A stretch of 64,000 nt of DNA from Octopus sinensis (GCF_006345805.1 NC_043000.1:68386001-68450000); one strand, 5' to 3'. Counted from the stretch's first letter, positions 13,001 through 26,785 are shown. The notes: a model not told the origin generated them from the letters alone. A program made the numbers and translations.

Positions 13001-13435
13001 CAGTAGCAAGCATTTTAATTAAAGAACAGAAAATTTATTAGATTTGATGTTTTTATCGTCTGCTGCGCAAGATGGAGTACATTACGAGTTTACCACCATA
13101 ACTTCCTATATTTTCGAATTAACATTCTCTCTTATATACAATATATTAAATCGTTTGATGAAACATTCCTAGGAGAAAAGCTAATTTGTCTGGAAAAGTA
13201 ATTTAGAGTATTCAATAGACTTTAATAAAATTCGAAACCCATTTTTAAAAATGATTTTCATATTTCATTTTGTATTATGAACTTATTTTAGGTTCACAAA
13301 AGCAAAAAATGTGCGAGCAATAAGATTTTTTTATTGACATACATCCAAATAGACATGTGTGTGTGTTTGTGTATAAATATATGTATATGTATATATGTAA
13401 ATATTTGCATGTATTTATATGAATATATATGTATG

Positions 13436-13493
<58 letters not shown>

Positions 13494-13506
13494 TATATAT
13501 TATATA

Positions 13507-13544
<38 letters not shown>

Positions 13545-13559
13545 CTAAAAGGAAAAATA

Positions 13560-13830
13560 ATTAAAAATTATCCACCAGAATATATTTCTGGAAGACCCAT
13601 TTGGTACAAGATTATTTGAAGAAAAAGTGTGTGTGGTAAACTGTTTACTTGCATCTGGGACGTTATCTAATTACATTGTAGGAGTGTTCCTTTCAACAGC
13701 TAATGTGATATTTCTTTCACTACTCCGGAGGTCTCATGACGAACGATTCTTTCGTTCATTGTCCCATTACTACGCTTGTTTGAAAAGCTTATAATAAATA
13801 GTCTTGCTTTCGCGATTGTCTCTTTATAAT
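13560..13830 (-). pseudogene. Copia-like LTR-retrotransposon RT remnant
   Basis: Minus frame AFQT..ESFVMRPPE..TVYHTHFF..SC resembles AFLQG..EVFVRPP..WY..V..FL..GC; many stops. Confidence 0.4.
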
Positions 13831-15959
13831 ACCCTCATCCCCGTCCCACAACATTCTTTCTTTCTTCCTCTCACCCCCCTCTCTCTCTTACATACCCATT
13901 GACTATTCAAAGTTTTTTCCTATTCTACTCCAAGAAACACCCTTTATCTATTCTTCCACCTACCTAACTGGGTGAAAAATTTATTGGTTTTAACTGAACT
14001 GGTTCATCAATGATTGTGTTTAAAAGATAGAAACAAATAAACGTTAGGTTTCTGCTTCAGCTAAGGTAAACGTGCATCGTTTATCTACAACTGAAAAAGA
14101 TTAAAGTAAAGTCGATTCTTGGGATAATTTCAACACGAAACAGAGAAGCTTCTTGATTTAAACATCCTGAAGCAGAAGTCCAGCAGCTGTCATGTTCATA
14201 AGTTTCAGTCTTAATTAATAAATATTTTTCAATTTATTTATTTATCTATTTTAGATAAAGTTTTACTTTAGCAAAGGCGGGTAAGTAAGATAGTTATATT
14301 GTAGAAAAATCGACTCAGCTCATTTTATACGTAAGAGAAGACAATACAATGACAGAAATGAGATTGTGTGTAATTAAATTCCTGGGTATGGCTTTAAACT
14401 GCATCTGGTCATGGGACACTGGTTTGGGAGTTCAAGGGCTTTGAAAAGTATGAAACTTCTTATCTACTATTGTTCCCGGATCTATTTTGACTCGGAGTAG
14501 TGCCACCTGTCAGAATCCTAGCTATAGGTTAAATAGCTTGCACTATCCAAGTCAGAATGCTTTGAAATCATGGGATGCAGCACAGTGGATGTGAACTATT
14601 TTGGCTGATAAACTTCTTGTATTCGCCTACCATGCCACATTATTGAATCAATGGTGTGTATGAATGAACAAAACTGTCGACAGCCAGGATCAATCAGTTC
14701 AGTTAGCTAACTGCTGCTATCATCTGTAGTAGTGGAGTGCACAGATGAGATATTTCAGCTAGCGAAAGACCAATGCGACGGAAATGCAGGCCTGACATTT
14801 ATACCTCATCGCTCGATCGGGACGTCTGACGTGGAAGAGTTACATTGGTCTGGGAAAGCCACCCGATTGGATTGGATTGGCATTAATGTCCATCTCAGGG
14901 GCCCTGAGAAAAGAGCACAAAGTCACTGAGTTTATATTTAAACAAAGAATCCTCATTTAACTGTATTGTTGAAGGTTTCAAAATACGAAGTTTTACATTT
15001 GACCAGCAAGTATGTTCCTGTGAACGATAAAATTCGACGTTAAACGGTGGGGCATGAGGGAAAGGGTTGAAGTATCTTCAGTATATTTCGTTTGACAAGT
15101 AAGTAGATACCACGTTAATTCAACAGGAAAACAGAACACCCGCTGAGGAGAACTGATAATATATACATAAGTTGCCTCGAAAGTTGTTGATTTGGGATTT
15201 CAGATTATCGTCGCGCTGCTTTCTTTCTTTGTTATTGTTATTATTGTTTTTGCGTAGCAGTAGTGATAATGGTGAGCTTTAGTGATGGCGATGGTGGAGT
15301 TTGTGATGACAGCAGTTGTAGAAGCAGTTCTCCTGATGGTTTTAGTTATTGTAGTGATCGTGTTGCGTATGGTGTCGACGGTGGTGACAGTCGTCATCAT
15401 GATAATGGTTGACGGGTGTAGGTGAATTGAGCTGCTGAAATTGTTGTTGTTGACGTTGTCGTTGTTGTTCTTCCTCTTCTACATCGTCTTACGATTGATG
15501 GGGTTGTGATGTGAACACAATTCTCTTGGCCTCTCCACGTGGCAAAGAGAAATAATGAGAGAGGGAGAGACAGGCAGATCGAGAGAGAGAGAGAGAGAAA
15601 GAGAGTGAGAGAGACAGAGTGCGATAGAGAGAAGGAGAGAGAGGAAGAGAGAGGAAGAGAGAGGGGGGAGTGCAGAGAAATCGATTCCAGTACTTTATCG
15701 CATACAAAAGCGAGAAGGGCAATGTTGACGATGGTTTTCAATGATAGATAGTTGTGGTGATGTTGGTAGCAACGATCATTACAGTTTTTGTGCCAGGTTA
15801 GCTTTAATTGATGAAAGGTGCTCCAATCGTGACCATCCATCCCCCTTTTATCAAGTAATGTGTATCTAGGATTTCCTTATCCAATGTGTCTGACTTCTTT
15901 TAAGACATTAGCGTACAATATGAGGAAGAGATGACTGTCATTTCTAACAAGTCAAGCTA

Positions 15960-16936
15960 TGATGCAGAGGCTTCCTCTGGCTCGATATTCGTGGTGTTGT
16001 TGTTGGCAACAGTAGTGATACTATTGCATATCATTTTCTGCAACTCGTCTCTTTGATGGAGCTGCAGTCCTAGATCAAGCGTAGACCGAGACAGGGCACT
16101 TGTCATCTGGAGTGTCGTCAAGTCCTCCATCAGTCGGCAGAAGTTCTACGTTGGTGTTCTATGTGATAGTAGTGACGGGCAAGAGCGTTGACGTTCTCGG
16201 AGAAACTGAACGTCGGGGGAGATCAATTTGCTGGTCTTTTCCGGAGAACTTTCAGACCGGAGCTATCGATAATCTTCAGAAATCCCTGACCTAGTAGTGC
16301 TATCGGGAGACACTTCCGGTTTAAAATAAACTCAATAGGCATGGAAATGCTGTCAGACGTGCCTGTCCGAGATGCTCGAAAAGCAATGGAAAAGTTCAGC
16401 ATGCACTCGTCTAGTGTCCAGGAAGGGCACGGAGTTTTCCACTACCTGGTGACTATTTTGGTCGAGGTAGTGTGGTGGTCGGTCGAGGTTGAAAGGTCTG
16501 AAGACAGATACTTTCCACTTCGTCCAAGCCTTCATCGACTTTTCCAAGTTCCACTGGGAATGGAAATAAGAGCTGAGAGGGGAATGCTGCTCCTCTGCAA
16601 TAGGTAGGCAAATATGGCGAGGATGGCCCGTGTGAATGGACCTACTCTGAATATACGCCCGCAAGCCCTAGGAAACAAAGAGAAGAAAAGCATTTGCCCT
16701 AGAAACCCTGGTGATCCGTGTGTCCAGGACGGGTGAAGTTCTTTGGTTACCTCTGGATAGTGCTCCCCACAATTAGGATATTTCTATTGTTAATATTTGT
16801 TGCTAATTGTCATATGTTATGTATTTTTTTTACTAGATTTCATTGTAAATCACCACTGTCCTTGTCTTTGTGTATCTTCCTCTGTGTTTCCCCCCGTTGT
16901 TTTTGGTCCCTGTGGCCAAATAAAGTTATTACTATT
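15960..16936 (+). mobile_element. Tx1/L1-clade LINE 3' fragment with 3' UTR
   Basis: DNLQKSLT..CYRETLPV..RHGNAVRRACPRC..HALV*CP (zf-RVT-type knuckle); AATAAA at ~16919 and a short ATT tail. Confidence 0.75.
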
Positions 16937-17475
16937 GAGTTAGAGAGCAATGCATGCCTTCAAAGTGACACTGGGGTAAAATATACGAAGCCAAGTATAC
17001 CCATCATAACTACTCGTCTGTTAAGGGTACACCAGGCAAATGCATCATAACCATATTTGTACTACATGGGGATTTCATATCAAGATAAACAGCACATGAC
17101 CTTGCAGGTAGGGCCTAGTTAAAATTTTCTTCAGGTCGAGAAGCCCATCCTGCTCAAAAGGTCCCGAATAAGGGTTGCTTAAGGATGTTGAATGAAACAT
17201 CCATGTTTCTAGAGGTGAATTATTCAAACTCCAAAAAATTCCTCTCAACAAATGGCTATGATGCTCCCCCACTACTGCTCGTGATCAGAGAGATACATAT
17301 TGTCAGCCACCAAGGGACATGCTCAAATGATTAAGGTCAAACAAATGACAAGCAAATCTGTGATATTGAGCAGAAATTTGCTATAGCCGATCTTTTATAC
17401 CAAGACAAAACATATCCATGATAACGCCTCCGATCAGCTAAGATCAAAAGCCATGGGAACCAATGTCTGGTACTG
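16937..17475 (-). mobile_element. Element X copy 1 (~530-bp non-coding interspersed repeat)
   Basis: End-to-end similarity with 29260-29791 and 41285-41914. Orientation assigned from the (TAA)n-type tail. Confidence 0.85.
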
Positions 17476-17477
17476 TA

Positions 17478-17778
17478 TTCTTCTTCTTCTTCTTCTTCTT
17501 CTTCTTCTTCTTCTTCTTCTTCTTCTTCTCTTCTTCTTCTTCTTCTTCTTCTTCTTCTTCTTCTTCTTCTTCTTCTTCTTCTTTTCTTCTTCTTCTTCTT
17601 CTTCTTCTTCTTCTTCGTCTTCTTCTTCTTCTTCTTCTTCTCTTTTCTTCTTCTTCTTCGTCTTCTTCTTCTTCTTCTTCTTCTTCTTCTTCTTCTTCTT
17701 CTTCTTCTTCTCCTCTTCTTCTTCTTCTTCTTCTTCTTCTTCTCATTATTATTATTATTATTATTTATTATTATTTAC

Positions 17779-17844
<66 letters not shown>

Positions 17845-17845
17845 T
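17478..17845. repeat. Compound (TTC)n-(ATT)n microsatellite
   Basis: Directly visible; source of the poly-F/S/L/E/K ORFs. Confidence 0.98.
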
Positions 17846-18560
17846 AGGCGGTGAGCTGGCAGAAACGTTAGCACGCCGGGCGAAATGCGCAACCGCATTT
17901 CGTCTGCTCTTACGTTCTGAGTTCAAATTCCGCCGAGGTTGACTTTGCCTTTCATCTTTTCGGGATCGATAAATTAAGTACCAGTTACGCACTGGGGTCG
18001 ATCCGTTTGTTTGTCCTTGTTTGTCCTCTCTGTGTTTAGCCCATTGTGGGTAGTAAAAAAATAGGTATTTCGTCTGCCGCGACGTTCTGAGTTCAAATTC
18101 CGCCGAGGTCGACTTTTCCTTTCATCCTTTCGGGGTCGATTAAATAAGTACTAGTTACGAACTGGAGTCGATATAATCGACTTAATCCGTTTGTCTGTCC
18201 TTGTTTGTCCTCTCTGTGCTTAGCCCCATGTGGGTAGTAAAGAAATAGGTATTTCGTCTGTCTTTACGTTCTGAGTTCAAATTCCGCCGACGTCGACTTT
18301 ACCTTTCATTCTTTCGGGGTCGATAAATTAAGTACCAGTTACGCACTGGGGTCAATGTAATCGACTTAATCCGTTTGTCTGTCCCTGTTTGTCCCCTCTA
18401 TATTTAGCCCCTTGTGGGCAATAAAGAAATAAGAAACGTTAGCACGCCGTACGAAATGCTTAGAGGTATTTCGTCTGTTTTTATGTTCTGAGTTCAAATT
18501 CTGCCAAGGTCGACTTTGCTTTTCATCCTTTCGGGGTCGATGAATTAACCCCCCCCCCTA
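17846..18560 (+). mobile_element. Tandem array of four family A SINE units
   Basis: Full head at 17846; internal restarts at GGTATTTCGTCTG 18064 and 18248, and AGAAACGTTAGC at 18432. Confidence 0.9.
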
Positions 18561-18600
18561 CAAAAAAATTAAAAGTTTCGGGCCTTGTGCCTTTAGCAGA

Positions 18601-18812
18601 AAGGATGATCCGACAGAATCGTTAGCACGCCGGGCGAAACACCTTGCGGTATTTTGTCTGCCGCTACGTTTTGAGTTCAAATTCCGCCGAGGTCGAATTT
18701 GCCTTTTATTCTTTCGGTGTCGATAAATTAAGTAGCAGTGAAACATTGGGGTCGATATAATCGACTATTTCACACCCCGAATTTTCAGGCTTTGTGCCTA
18801 TAGTAGAGATGA
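18601..18812 (+). mobile_element. SINE family A (alternative tail)
   Basis: Head and central domain, then AATTTTCAGGCTTTGTGCCTATAGTAGA and (ATT)n. Confidence 0.85.
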
Positions 18813-18813
18813 C

Positions 18814-18871
<58 letters not shown>

Positions 18872-18874
<3 letters not shown>

Positions 18875-19512
18875 TAGTCTTGTTTTTATCACGTGCTTTC
18901 ACTGCACTAGCGAGTGGAGCTCTGTGTGCCTCGAGTATGTGCTGTGGTTTCTTGTGATGCTCTAATTTCTACTGTACTAAATGAGTTTTACATAGAATGT
19001 GTGCGGTGCCTAGTAGTGCTATTTTCTGTATGTTATCTATACTTGTTAGTCCTGGTGTTTTTGTTATGTATTTGTATGAATATTTTTTTATCATATCTAA
19101 AGCACCTACTATGATAGGCATAGCTTCCAGGGTGTATACGTTCCAAATCTGTTGTGTCCGTGAATATATTCCTTCTTACCCAGGGCCGGGCAGCCAGAGA
19201 CAATGTCATTTATTGTTTCTTCTGTGTCTCCACATATTCTGCAGTTACTTGTATTCATTTTCACTATATGTTTTTGATAATTTCTGTGCTGCAATTAAAA
19301 ATCCTTCAGTCACTGCTTTGAGTCCTGAGTTTCTCAGCCATTGTTGTTTTTTTGCTTTTTCTATTTCTTTTTCTATGGCTTTTCTTGCCATCGTTGTTGT
19401 TCCAGTTTTAGTTTGAATTTCAGTCGTTTTACAGCTTTTGTTGTTTCTTCTTTTTCTTCATAGTTGTTAGGTATTTTTGTATTTGTCAGCTTCCTTAAAG
19501 ACTGAAAACGGT
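18872..19512 (-). mobile_element. R4/Dong-clade non-LTR 3' fragment with internal deletion
   Basis: WLRNSGLKAVTEGFLIAAQ, CRICGDTEETINDIVSGCPALGKKEYIHGHN (CCHC), IQKIALLGTAHIL; (TAA)n on both sides. Confidence 0.8.
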
Positions 19513-19535
19513 TATTATTATTATTATTATTTTTA

Positions 19536-19655
<120 letters not shown>

Positions 19656-19699
19656 AATGAATAAATGAATGAATGAATTAATTAATTAATTCATTTATT

Positions 19700-20671
19700 T
19701 ATTTTCTTTTTATCACAGGTTTTGTTGGAGCTTATGGAGTCTTGCATGTGTAGCGGGTTTCCTATCTGCAGCCTACGGTACCATGCTTTTCGTTCTTTTC
19801 AGCTATCTAATACTTTCCAGATTATCCTGGCCATACCTAGGAAGCAAATCTTTTGTAACAGTTCTACTTGGCACTCTATTCCAATTTCGTTTATATTCCT
19901 CTTGATGCCTTCTGATAATGTTCCAAAAGACCCAACAATAATGGCACTATCTTCATCTTCTTCCTTTTCTAAAGCCGGATTATTTCGTATTTAAGAGGGT
20001 TATATCTATCTATCTTTTTACCTTCCGTCCTAAGTATTCATACAACGTCAACTATATTGCATATGTGGCTCACCTTGTCCACCACCACTAGTTCCAGTCT
20101 GTTATGCTCTTGCTCCTGATCTGTTTGGATTAGGAAATCTCAGAGGATTTTGCTAGTCTCCGGCTCTGAAACTCTCTGCAGTTTGTCCTCATACCACGTC
20201 TTACCTCTCTCTAGCCCTACTTTTCGCACAGTTTCCAGTGTTGCACTTTCGCTACCTGGTTGTGTCGTTACAACTTGTAGTAGTTCTAGGCAAGTCTAGG
20301 GCATACGTTCGTGATATGGGCAATGGTTTCATCCACTCTATTGCAGATGCGGCACAGCGGAGACACTTGCTCATTCCTCAGGTTGACCCTCTCGAGCTTG
20401 GTCCTACGCTGCCAGTATAGTGCTCTCGGTCTCTTTTTTAGGGTTCCTTTCATCAGCCAATCCCACATATTTTTCCAGCAACTTCTCTTGTAGAATTGAT
20501 TATGTAGTCGCTTCTTTTGTAATTCTTTTTCATGTCCTTTTTTGTACTTCTTCCTTTGTTTTCCCTTTTTTTTCTCTGCTGTCAATACTCCCTTGTTCTC
20601 AACTGTCACTACCAAGGGTTCCTTACTTTGTGCTAGGTATCTCATTAAGCTCTCGAGTTCGATACGCACGC
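19700..20671 (-). mobile_element. R4/Dong-clade non-LTR 3' fragment (zinc knuckle + REL endonuclease)
   Basis: WDWLMKGTLK, CRICNRVDETIAHITNVCPRLA, IL*DFLIQTD..LVVVDK..IVDV, LLQKICFLGMARII; (TAA)n on both sides. Confidence 0.85.
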
Positions 20672-20761
20672 AATTATTATTATTGTTGTTGTTGTTGTTG
20701 TTGTTGCTGTTGTTGTTATTATTATTATTATTATTATTAATATTATTATTATTATTATTAT

Positions 20762-20798
<37 letters not shown>

Positions 20799-21012
20799 TT
20801 TTGTGGTAGGGTTGTGATAATAATAGTAGAAGTATAGGTAAAGATGAGAGCATAGACAGCAGCAATTGTAGGGGTGCCGTAAGAGATGATAGTGGTAAAG
20901 ATAACGTTAATGTAGAAGGGAAACTATAATTAGTTGTAGTATAGGTGATTTTGATATGATGGTGACGATGTTAGTGATAGTTACCGTGATATTTTTAGCA
21001 ATTGGGCTTGCT

Positions 21013-21056
<44 letters not shown>

Positions 21057-21164
21057 TGGTGGTAGTAGCAGTAGTGGTGGTGGTGGTAGTGGTGGTATGG
21101 TGGTGACAGCAGTAGTGGTAGTGGTGGTGATAGTATTATTATTATTAGTAGTAGTAGTAGTAGT

Positions 21165-21258
<94 letters not shown>

Positions 21259-21439
21259 TAGACAAGAGTAGGACGGTTGTTTCTTATTCCTCAGGAACGT
21301 AACACTTATTCAATACTAATATAACTAATTAAAAAATAAAATAAATGCTAAAGTCAAGGAGTGACGTACAAAATAATGTATGAAAAATACATCTTAACTG
21401 AAAATTTCCTCTTCATTGGATTTAAAGAAATGGTGAGAG

Positions 21440-21900
21440 AATTTCGAGAAATTAAGAATTCTATTCGTCTATCTTCTCCACCCACTATTCATGGAAGGGT
21501 CGCGAGGGCAGAGTCTTCAGACATTTCGTCCTCAACTATGTTCATGAATGTTGGGTAATGACCGAAAGAGTACGATTGTGAATACAAGTACCAAAATGGG
21601 GTTCCTCCGAAGCAGCCCTGGAGTAACGTTACTCGACATAGTGCGTAGTTCGGAGATCAAGGATTCTCTTTAGGTTGAGCCGCTGCTTTTTCGCACTGAG
21701 TGGTCCCAATTCCGATGCTATGGACACATGTTTAGAATGTCGCAGGAAAAAGTCGCAAGACAGACTCTTCAGTCGGTAGAACATCTAGGTGAAGACCAAG
21801 AACGAAATGGTAGTATAATATCCATAGTCTCAGTTGGTTACGCTTAGGAATCTAGTCTAATGACTTGCTTCTAATATGACCAAATGGAAGAGGTGCCTAA
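21440..21900 (+). mobile_element. RTE-clade LINE 3' fragment
   Basis: KMGFLRSSPGVTLLDIVRSSEIKDSL*VEPLLFRTEWSQFRCYGHMFRM, typical of the post-RT region of RTE elements. Confidence 0.75.
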
Positions 21901-22894
21901 GAGCTAAAAACGATAAAAAATTAATTTCACAATTTATGTTAGACCTTAGGGGGAAAACTTGATATTTTTCTCATGGAAAAGAAGGCACAAACATGTTTAG
22001 GTGTTATTGAACCAGATCAATACAGCATAGTCAAGTTAAGCTTGCTTTGAGTAGTTGACAAATTTTTACATACAGAAAGAGTTATAAGGGTTTTTGGCCG
22101 ATGTAATTTGTATAATTACAAGATAAAATGAGCTAAGGGAAGCAAACTATATGTGCCAACCATGAATTTTGGTCAGTTAATTGGCGTTGAGCTAAATAAC
22201 GAATGCAAAAAATTCTCGACAAATCAAAAGTTCTCATTTAGTTGGAGAAAGAAAAGGAAAGCTGGCGGTAATCGTTAACGACTTCCAAAAAGGTGACTTC
22301 GAGAAGTTAAGAATTAATTTTAGAAGTTCATATACTTAAAAGAATATCTTATCTTTGTTTGGAGGTTTGGAAACAACTTCATCAGTTTTAGGTGTTGGTG
22401 AACGGGGTCATTCAGACGGGTTAAGAATTACTTGATATTTAAAACGATGTTTGTGATTGTATAAAGATGGCTTCTGGCATACAAATTAGAGAACACGATA
22501 TCCAGATTATAGTCATGTTGATTATTGGAGTTAATACACAAACAGACGCTCAGATACAAATCAACGAGAAAGTGAACATTAATATTTCTTCAGAACTTAT
22601 AGTTTCTTTATTCAAAACATTAAATCAGAATAATGCTCATAAATCATTGACATACTTATGTTACTTAGTTTCTAAGCAGTAATCTGGAAAAAGTGAGATT
22701 TTCAAGCAAAGAAAGAGAACAATCGAACACATGCTCTGAAAATTCCTCTGTATGTGGAACATTGAAAATTTACAAGACTTTTCTAAAATTTAGCATTTCG
22801 CTCTTAATTGCCGCTTTTATTTAAATTCCACTGAGAGAACTTTGTTAATTTATTAGAGATCAGTTCTATTTTATAAGAAGTGTTTTGACCCTGT

Positions 22895-23172
22895 GAAGGT
22901 ACGTGACCTTGTTAGGATGTTGCACCCACGATTGCAAGATCGTGGTTTCGTTTCCCAGACCGGTAGTGCGTTTTGCTTTTGAACAAAACACTTCATTTCA
23001 CGTTGCACCAGTCCACTCAGCTGTATATGCGCAACTCTGCGACTGACTGGCAGGGGGGATTTTGATCTGCCCGCCTAACCGGCAGGGTGGCATCATTCGA
23101 AAGATACAATAGTGCAAGGAAGCGCAATGTGACCAACGGTGTTATAGCAACATCTGATAGTCTATTCGATAC
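22895..23172 (+). mobile_element. tRNA-headed SINE with CORE-like body and the shared tail module
   Basis: GGTTTCGTTTCCCAGACCGG B-box-like motif; TTGAACAAAACACTTCATTTCACGTTGCACCAGTCCACTCAGCTG body; GGGTGGCATCATTCGAA..GTGACCAACGGTG..CAACATCTGATAG tail. Confidence 0.65.
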
Positions 23173-23674
23173 AGGAACAGAGTGGTTTTAAAACTGTAGA
23201 TCTGATAATATTTAGGTTTTATCTATTCAGCAATAGTCGATATGATAAACAATAGTCACATACTAGAATGAAGCCAAATATATAGCCTTTCCGTTAACCT
23301 TAGAAATCAATATTTTTGTTCATTTCCAAAAGCTCGGAGTTTAAATCTTACGTGGATCAACTTTAATTTTCGTCATCCAAGAGTATACATAATAAGTTTC
23401 AGTGAAATACTGCAGTTAACTTAATTATCCAAGCATCCTTCAAATCACACCTATGAGTATGTTGGTGTGGTGATAAACAAAGGAACAATGAAGCAGGTAG
23501 ACGTGCTAAAGATAGTAACCACACCAACACCGGTTGTCAGGTTGTACTGTGGGATAAATACAGATACAAAGACACACACACACACACACACGCACACACT
23601 CTCACACACATATACATGCACACACACGAACGCACACACACACACACGAACGCACACACGCACGCGCGCGCAGC

Positions 23675-23825
23675 AGTTTTCATCCAGTTTCGTCCATCAA
23701 ATCCACCCACAAGACTTCGGTCGGCCTGGGACTATAGTGGAAAACAGTTGCCTAAGGTGCCACGCAGTGGGACCGAACATAGAACCATGTGGTTAGAGAG
23801 CAAGCTACCTATCACACACGCATCC
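23675..23825 (-). mobile_element. SINE family B 5' half
   Basis: Reverse complement of the 6372-6530 head. Confidence 0.7.
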
Positions 23826-25269
23826 ACTCACTTTTATACACACAAGCACACAATGTTTTTCAAGCTCCTAATCATTGAAACGCAGGCATGGATGTGTGGT
23901 AAATATGTTCACATCGCTACCATATTATTGTGGATTTGATTCCACTGTACCATAGATTGGATGAATGTCTTGTGAGTAAAATTTGTAGTGTACTGCGTCT
24001 GTGTGTGTGGAGAAAGAGGAGAGAGGGGGAAGAGAGAGGGGAGAGAGACAGAAAAAGAAAAAGAGGGGGTGAGAGAGAAAGAGAGAGAGAGTGTGTGTGT
24101 GTGTGTGTGTGTATTGTCTCAAATTACATTTTCTCTAGTTAATATAAAACTGTGTTACTGTTTCAGATTCGTAATTTTTTGTTCGACAGATAACAATCTA
24201 TAAAATAATTACCAGCTTGAAATATATACGGAGGTCCATATGATTAAAACCTCTTGCATGCGGAGCCCCAACATGGGCGCAGTCCGATACTAATATAACC
24301 ATAAACCAATAAAAGAATACAATTTTCCCCTCACTTTATTGAAGCCTATACGAAAACCCCACGCGCGCACGCACACAAATATTCACACACACACACACAC
24401 ACACACACGCACGCACGCACGCACTTCCGTCACTTTCTCTCTACTTATGTATCCCTCTCCATCTCTCTATCTCTCTCTTTCGCTCACTCTTTTTCTTCTC
24501 TCGTTCCTACATACAGCTTATTCACTATAGATTCATATATAATATACATTGTCACAATATTCCAGCCTGCCAAATTGCCAGTTTAATAGTTCCCATTCGT
24601 AATGCTGTCGGCAACACCCTCTCCTATTCTTTCTACCAGCAGTGATAATCACAAGTTGAGGAAGACACACCTTATGTAAGTATACATTAATTAGACAGAA
24701 ACATATTATTTAGGGAGTGGATCACATACTGATATATTTCCTACTTTAATCGACCCTTTCATCTTCTTTCTCTTTCCTCAATACTTCTATATTTCTCCAC
24801 ACCCTCTATTTTAAGCTGTTTTCTTTTTAAATACAGACGTATATAGATTACGATTTCATTGCATGCGTATGTGTATGTGCGTGTGTGTGTATGTGAATGT
24901 GTGTGAGAGTGAATGGGGTGAGCACGCGTATGTGTGTGAAATTTCACCTCGTACATATACGTTCATAAACATATACACACATACACACGCTCACTTACGT
25001 ACGCCCACACTCACACACATATATGTACACATCTTTATAAATACACTAATGCACACGCCTTATATTCTTCAGTAATGTACCACCGCATTATATCATGTTC
25101 TTTTTTCTTCTATTTGCTTTCAAGAGAAATAATGAAATTATCATTATTAAATGAATAGATATGAATGAATAACAATCCTTTCGAAAAGCGGTCGGTTTTG
25201 AGCTCATTTTCAAACGCTAGATTGCTGCAACGCAGAGTAATATCTCGGCATCTGTTCGGTAGTCAAAGT

Positions 25270-26510
25270 AAATAGCCATCTCTCAGAACCGTTTCGCATT
25301 GTGCTCTCGATCAGTCAAAGTGTTCCCTCTCAGATCTTTTAAAGATGCTGACTCATGGGCCACTGCTGCGGAAGCTAGAACTGTTGAGGAGCATTCCCCT
25401 TCCTCTTCGAATTGGGACGTGGGGCACCGAATCGGTATATGTGGACAATGTTACCATCATGGTGCCGGGTGCCAGAGAAGTGGAGGCATTCTGCATCATT
25501 CTAAAGGAATACGAAACAGTGGCAAGGCAAAAATCAATCTGGTCTAGTCGCTGAGCTTATACTTCGGCATCTGGCGTGGCATGTCCATCTGACAGCATCG
25601 TAGAACGCCAAACTAACCGATCAGTTAAACTTCACTTCTTATTCGATTCCGATTTCCAAATGCAACGGAACCGGTAACAGATAGCAAGTAGAATAGCCAT
25701 TATTTCCTAGATATGGGCCGAAAGGAAGCTATTCCTGAAAGTTTGAGAAGTGGAGAAGAACATCTACGTTGCTTCCGGTATCATTTCCCGTCTGACCATC
25801 CTGTCTTATCCTAGTTTTTGTCTGATCAGATTTAAATGTTTGCTTACAGATCCAGCATTTCACTTACTATTAATACTCGGCGTGATGGGCTGAACTTGCA
25901 GCGACTAATGATGCGCAGATACGCGATTTCTAGACGTCGAGCAGGTACGGTCGCGGCAAGTCTCTCCCGGCTACTTTCCTTGAGGGTGCTACAGTCCACG
26001 GTTAAGCAAAATCTAAGACTGGTCGCTTGGCATGCATCTGAGATAGCTGGAAGTTCTACTCTAGCTAACAATAAAGAATTATTGACGGGAAAAGTCGATG
26101 ATTTCAGAGAAGCGTAAGGGTGTTCTCGGAGAGTCTGTGGGTGTCAAGGAAAAGGAAAAGGCTAGCCTGTTCCGGAAGACTTTCGATTCGAATATAACTG
26201 TAGACGCAGAACAAAATTTCTTGACTTCACAGCGTTATCAATGGGTACTACCGGTTCGTGTTACACTCTACTAGCACGGAAATGTCCACAGACACGCCAG
26301 TCCAAGGTGTGAGCAAAGCGATGAAGCTGTTCTGCGCGCAGTCGCTCACTGTCAGGAAGTTGATCAGTGAAGTTATGCCAAACAGCTGTTTTCGAGTGTG
26401 GGACGGATCCGACTATCAGTTGAGTCCATTGTGAGGATTTTCCCGGCGCCTGGGCTGGAAAGGAAGTTTTAGTCCTGTCAGTTTTGTTGACAATTGGAAA
26501 GTACTGTGGG
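25270..26510 (+). mobile_element. Tx1/L1-clade LINE fragment (RT to zinc knuckle)
   Basis: YVDNVTIMV (YADD-like), LKEYETVARQKSI, GLNLQRLMMRRYAI, LPVRVTLY*HGN..PRCEQSDEAVLRAVAHC. Confidence 0.75.
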
Positions 26511-26579
26511 AAATAGTCATAATAGTCGTGCTAGTAGCGACGCTCTATATGTTACATGCCTCAATAAATCTGCTTTTGG

Positions 26580-26640
26580 AAACATCAACAGCAGCAGTAG
26601 CAGTAGCATCACCACCACCACCACCACCACCACCACCACC

Positions 26641-26737
<97 letters not shown>

Positions 26738-26785
26738 TCGTCGTCATCATCATCATCAACAACAACAACAGCAACAACAATAAAA
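26580..26785. repeat. Compound trinucleotide array (AGC/ACC/ATC/GTC/AAC)
   Basis: Directly visible. Confidence 0.95.

Noticed and set aside
13561-13791. Plus-strand hydrophobic open frame
   Set aside because: Better explained as the antisense of a Copia RT remnant.
14805-14903. Minus-strand 99-bp segment with acceptor and donor
   Set aside because: All three frames contain a stop and no partner exon was found.
17444-17992. Long homopolymeric ORFs (also 5428-5760, 43907-44623, 52619-53899 and others)
   Set aside because: They are read-through of microsatellites in stop-free frames, not genes.
24640-24675. 36-bp AG..GTAAGT exon candidate
   Set aside because: Phase 2-2, incompatible with the other candidates; such matches arise by chance in AT-rich DNA.
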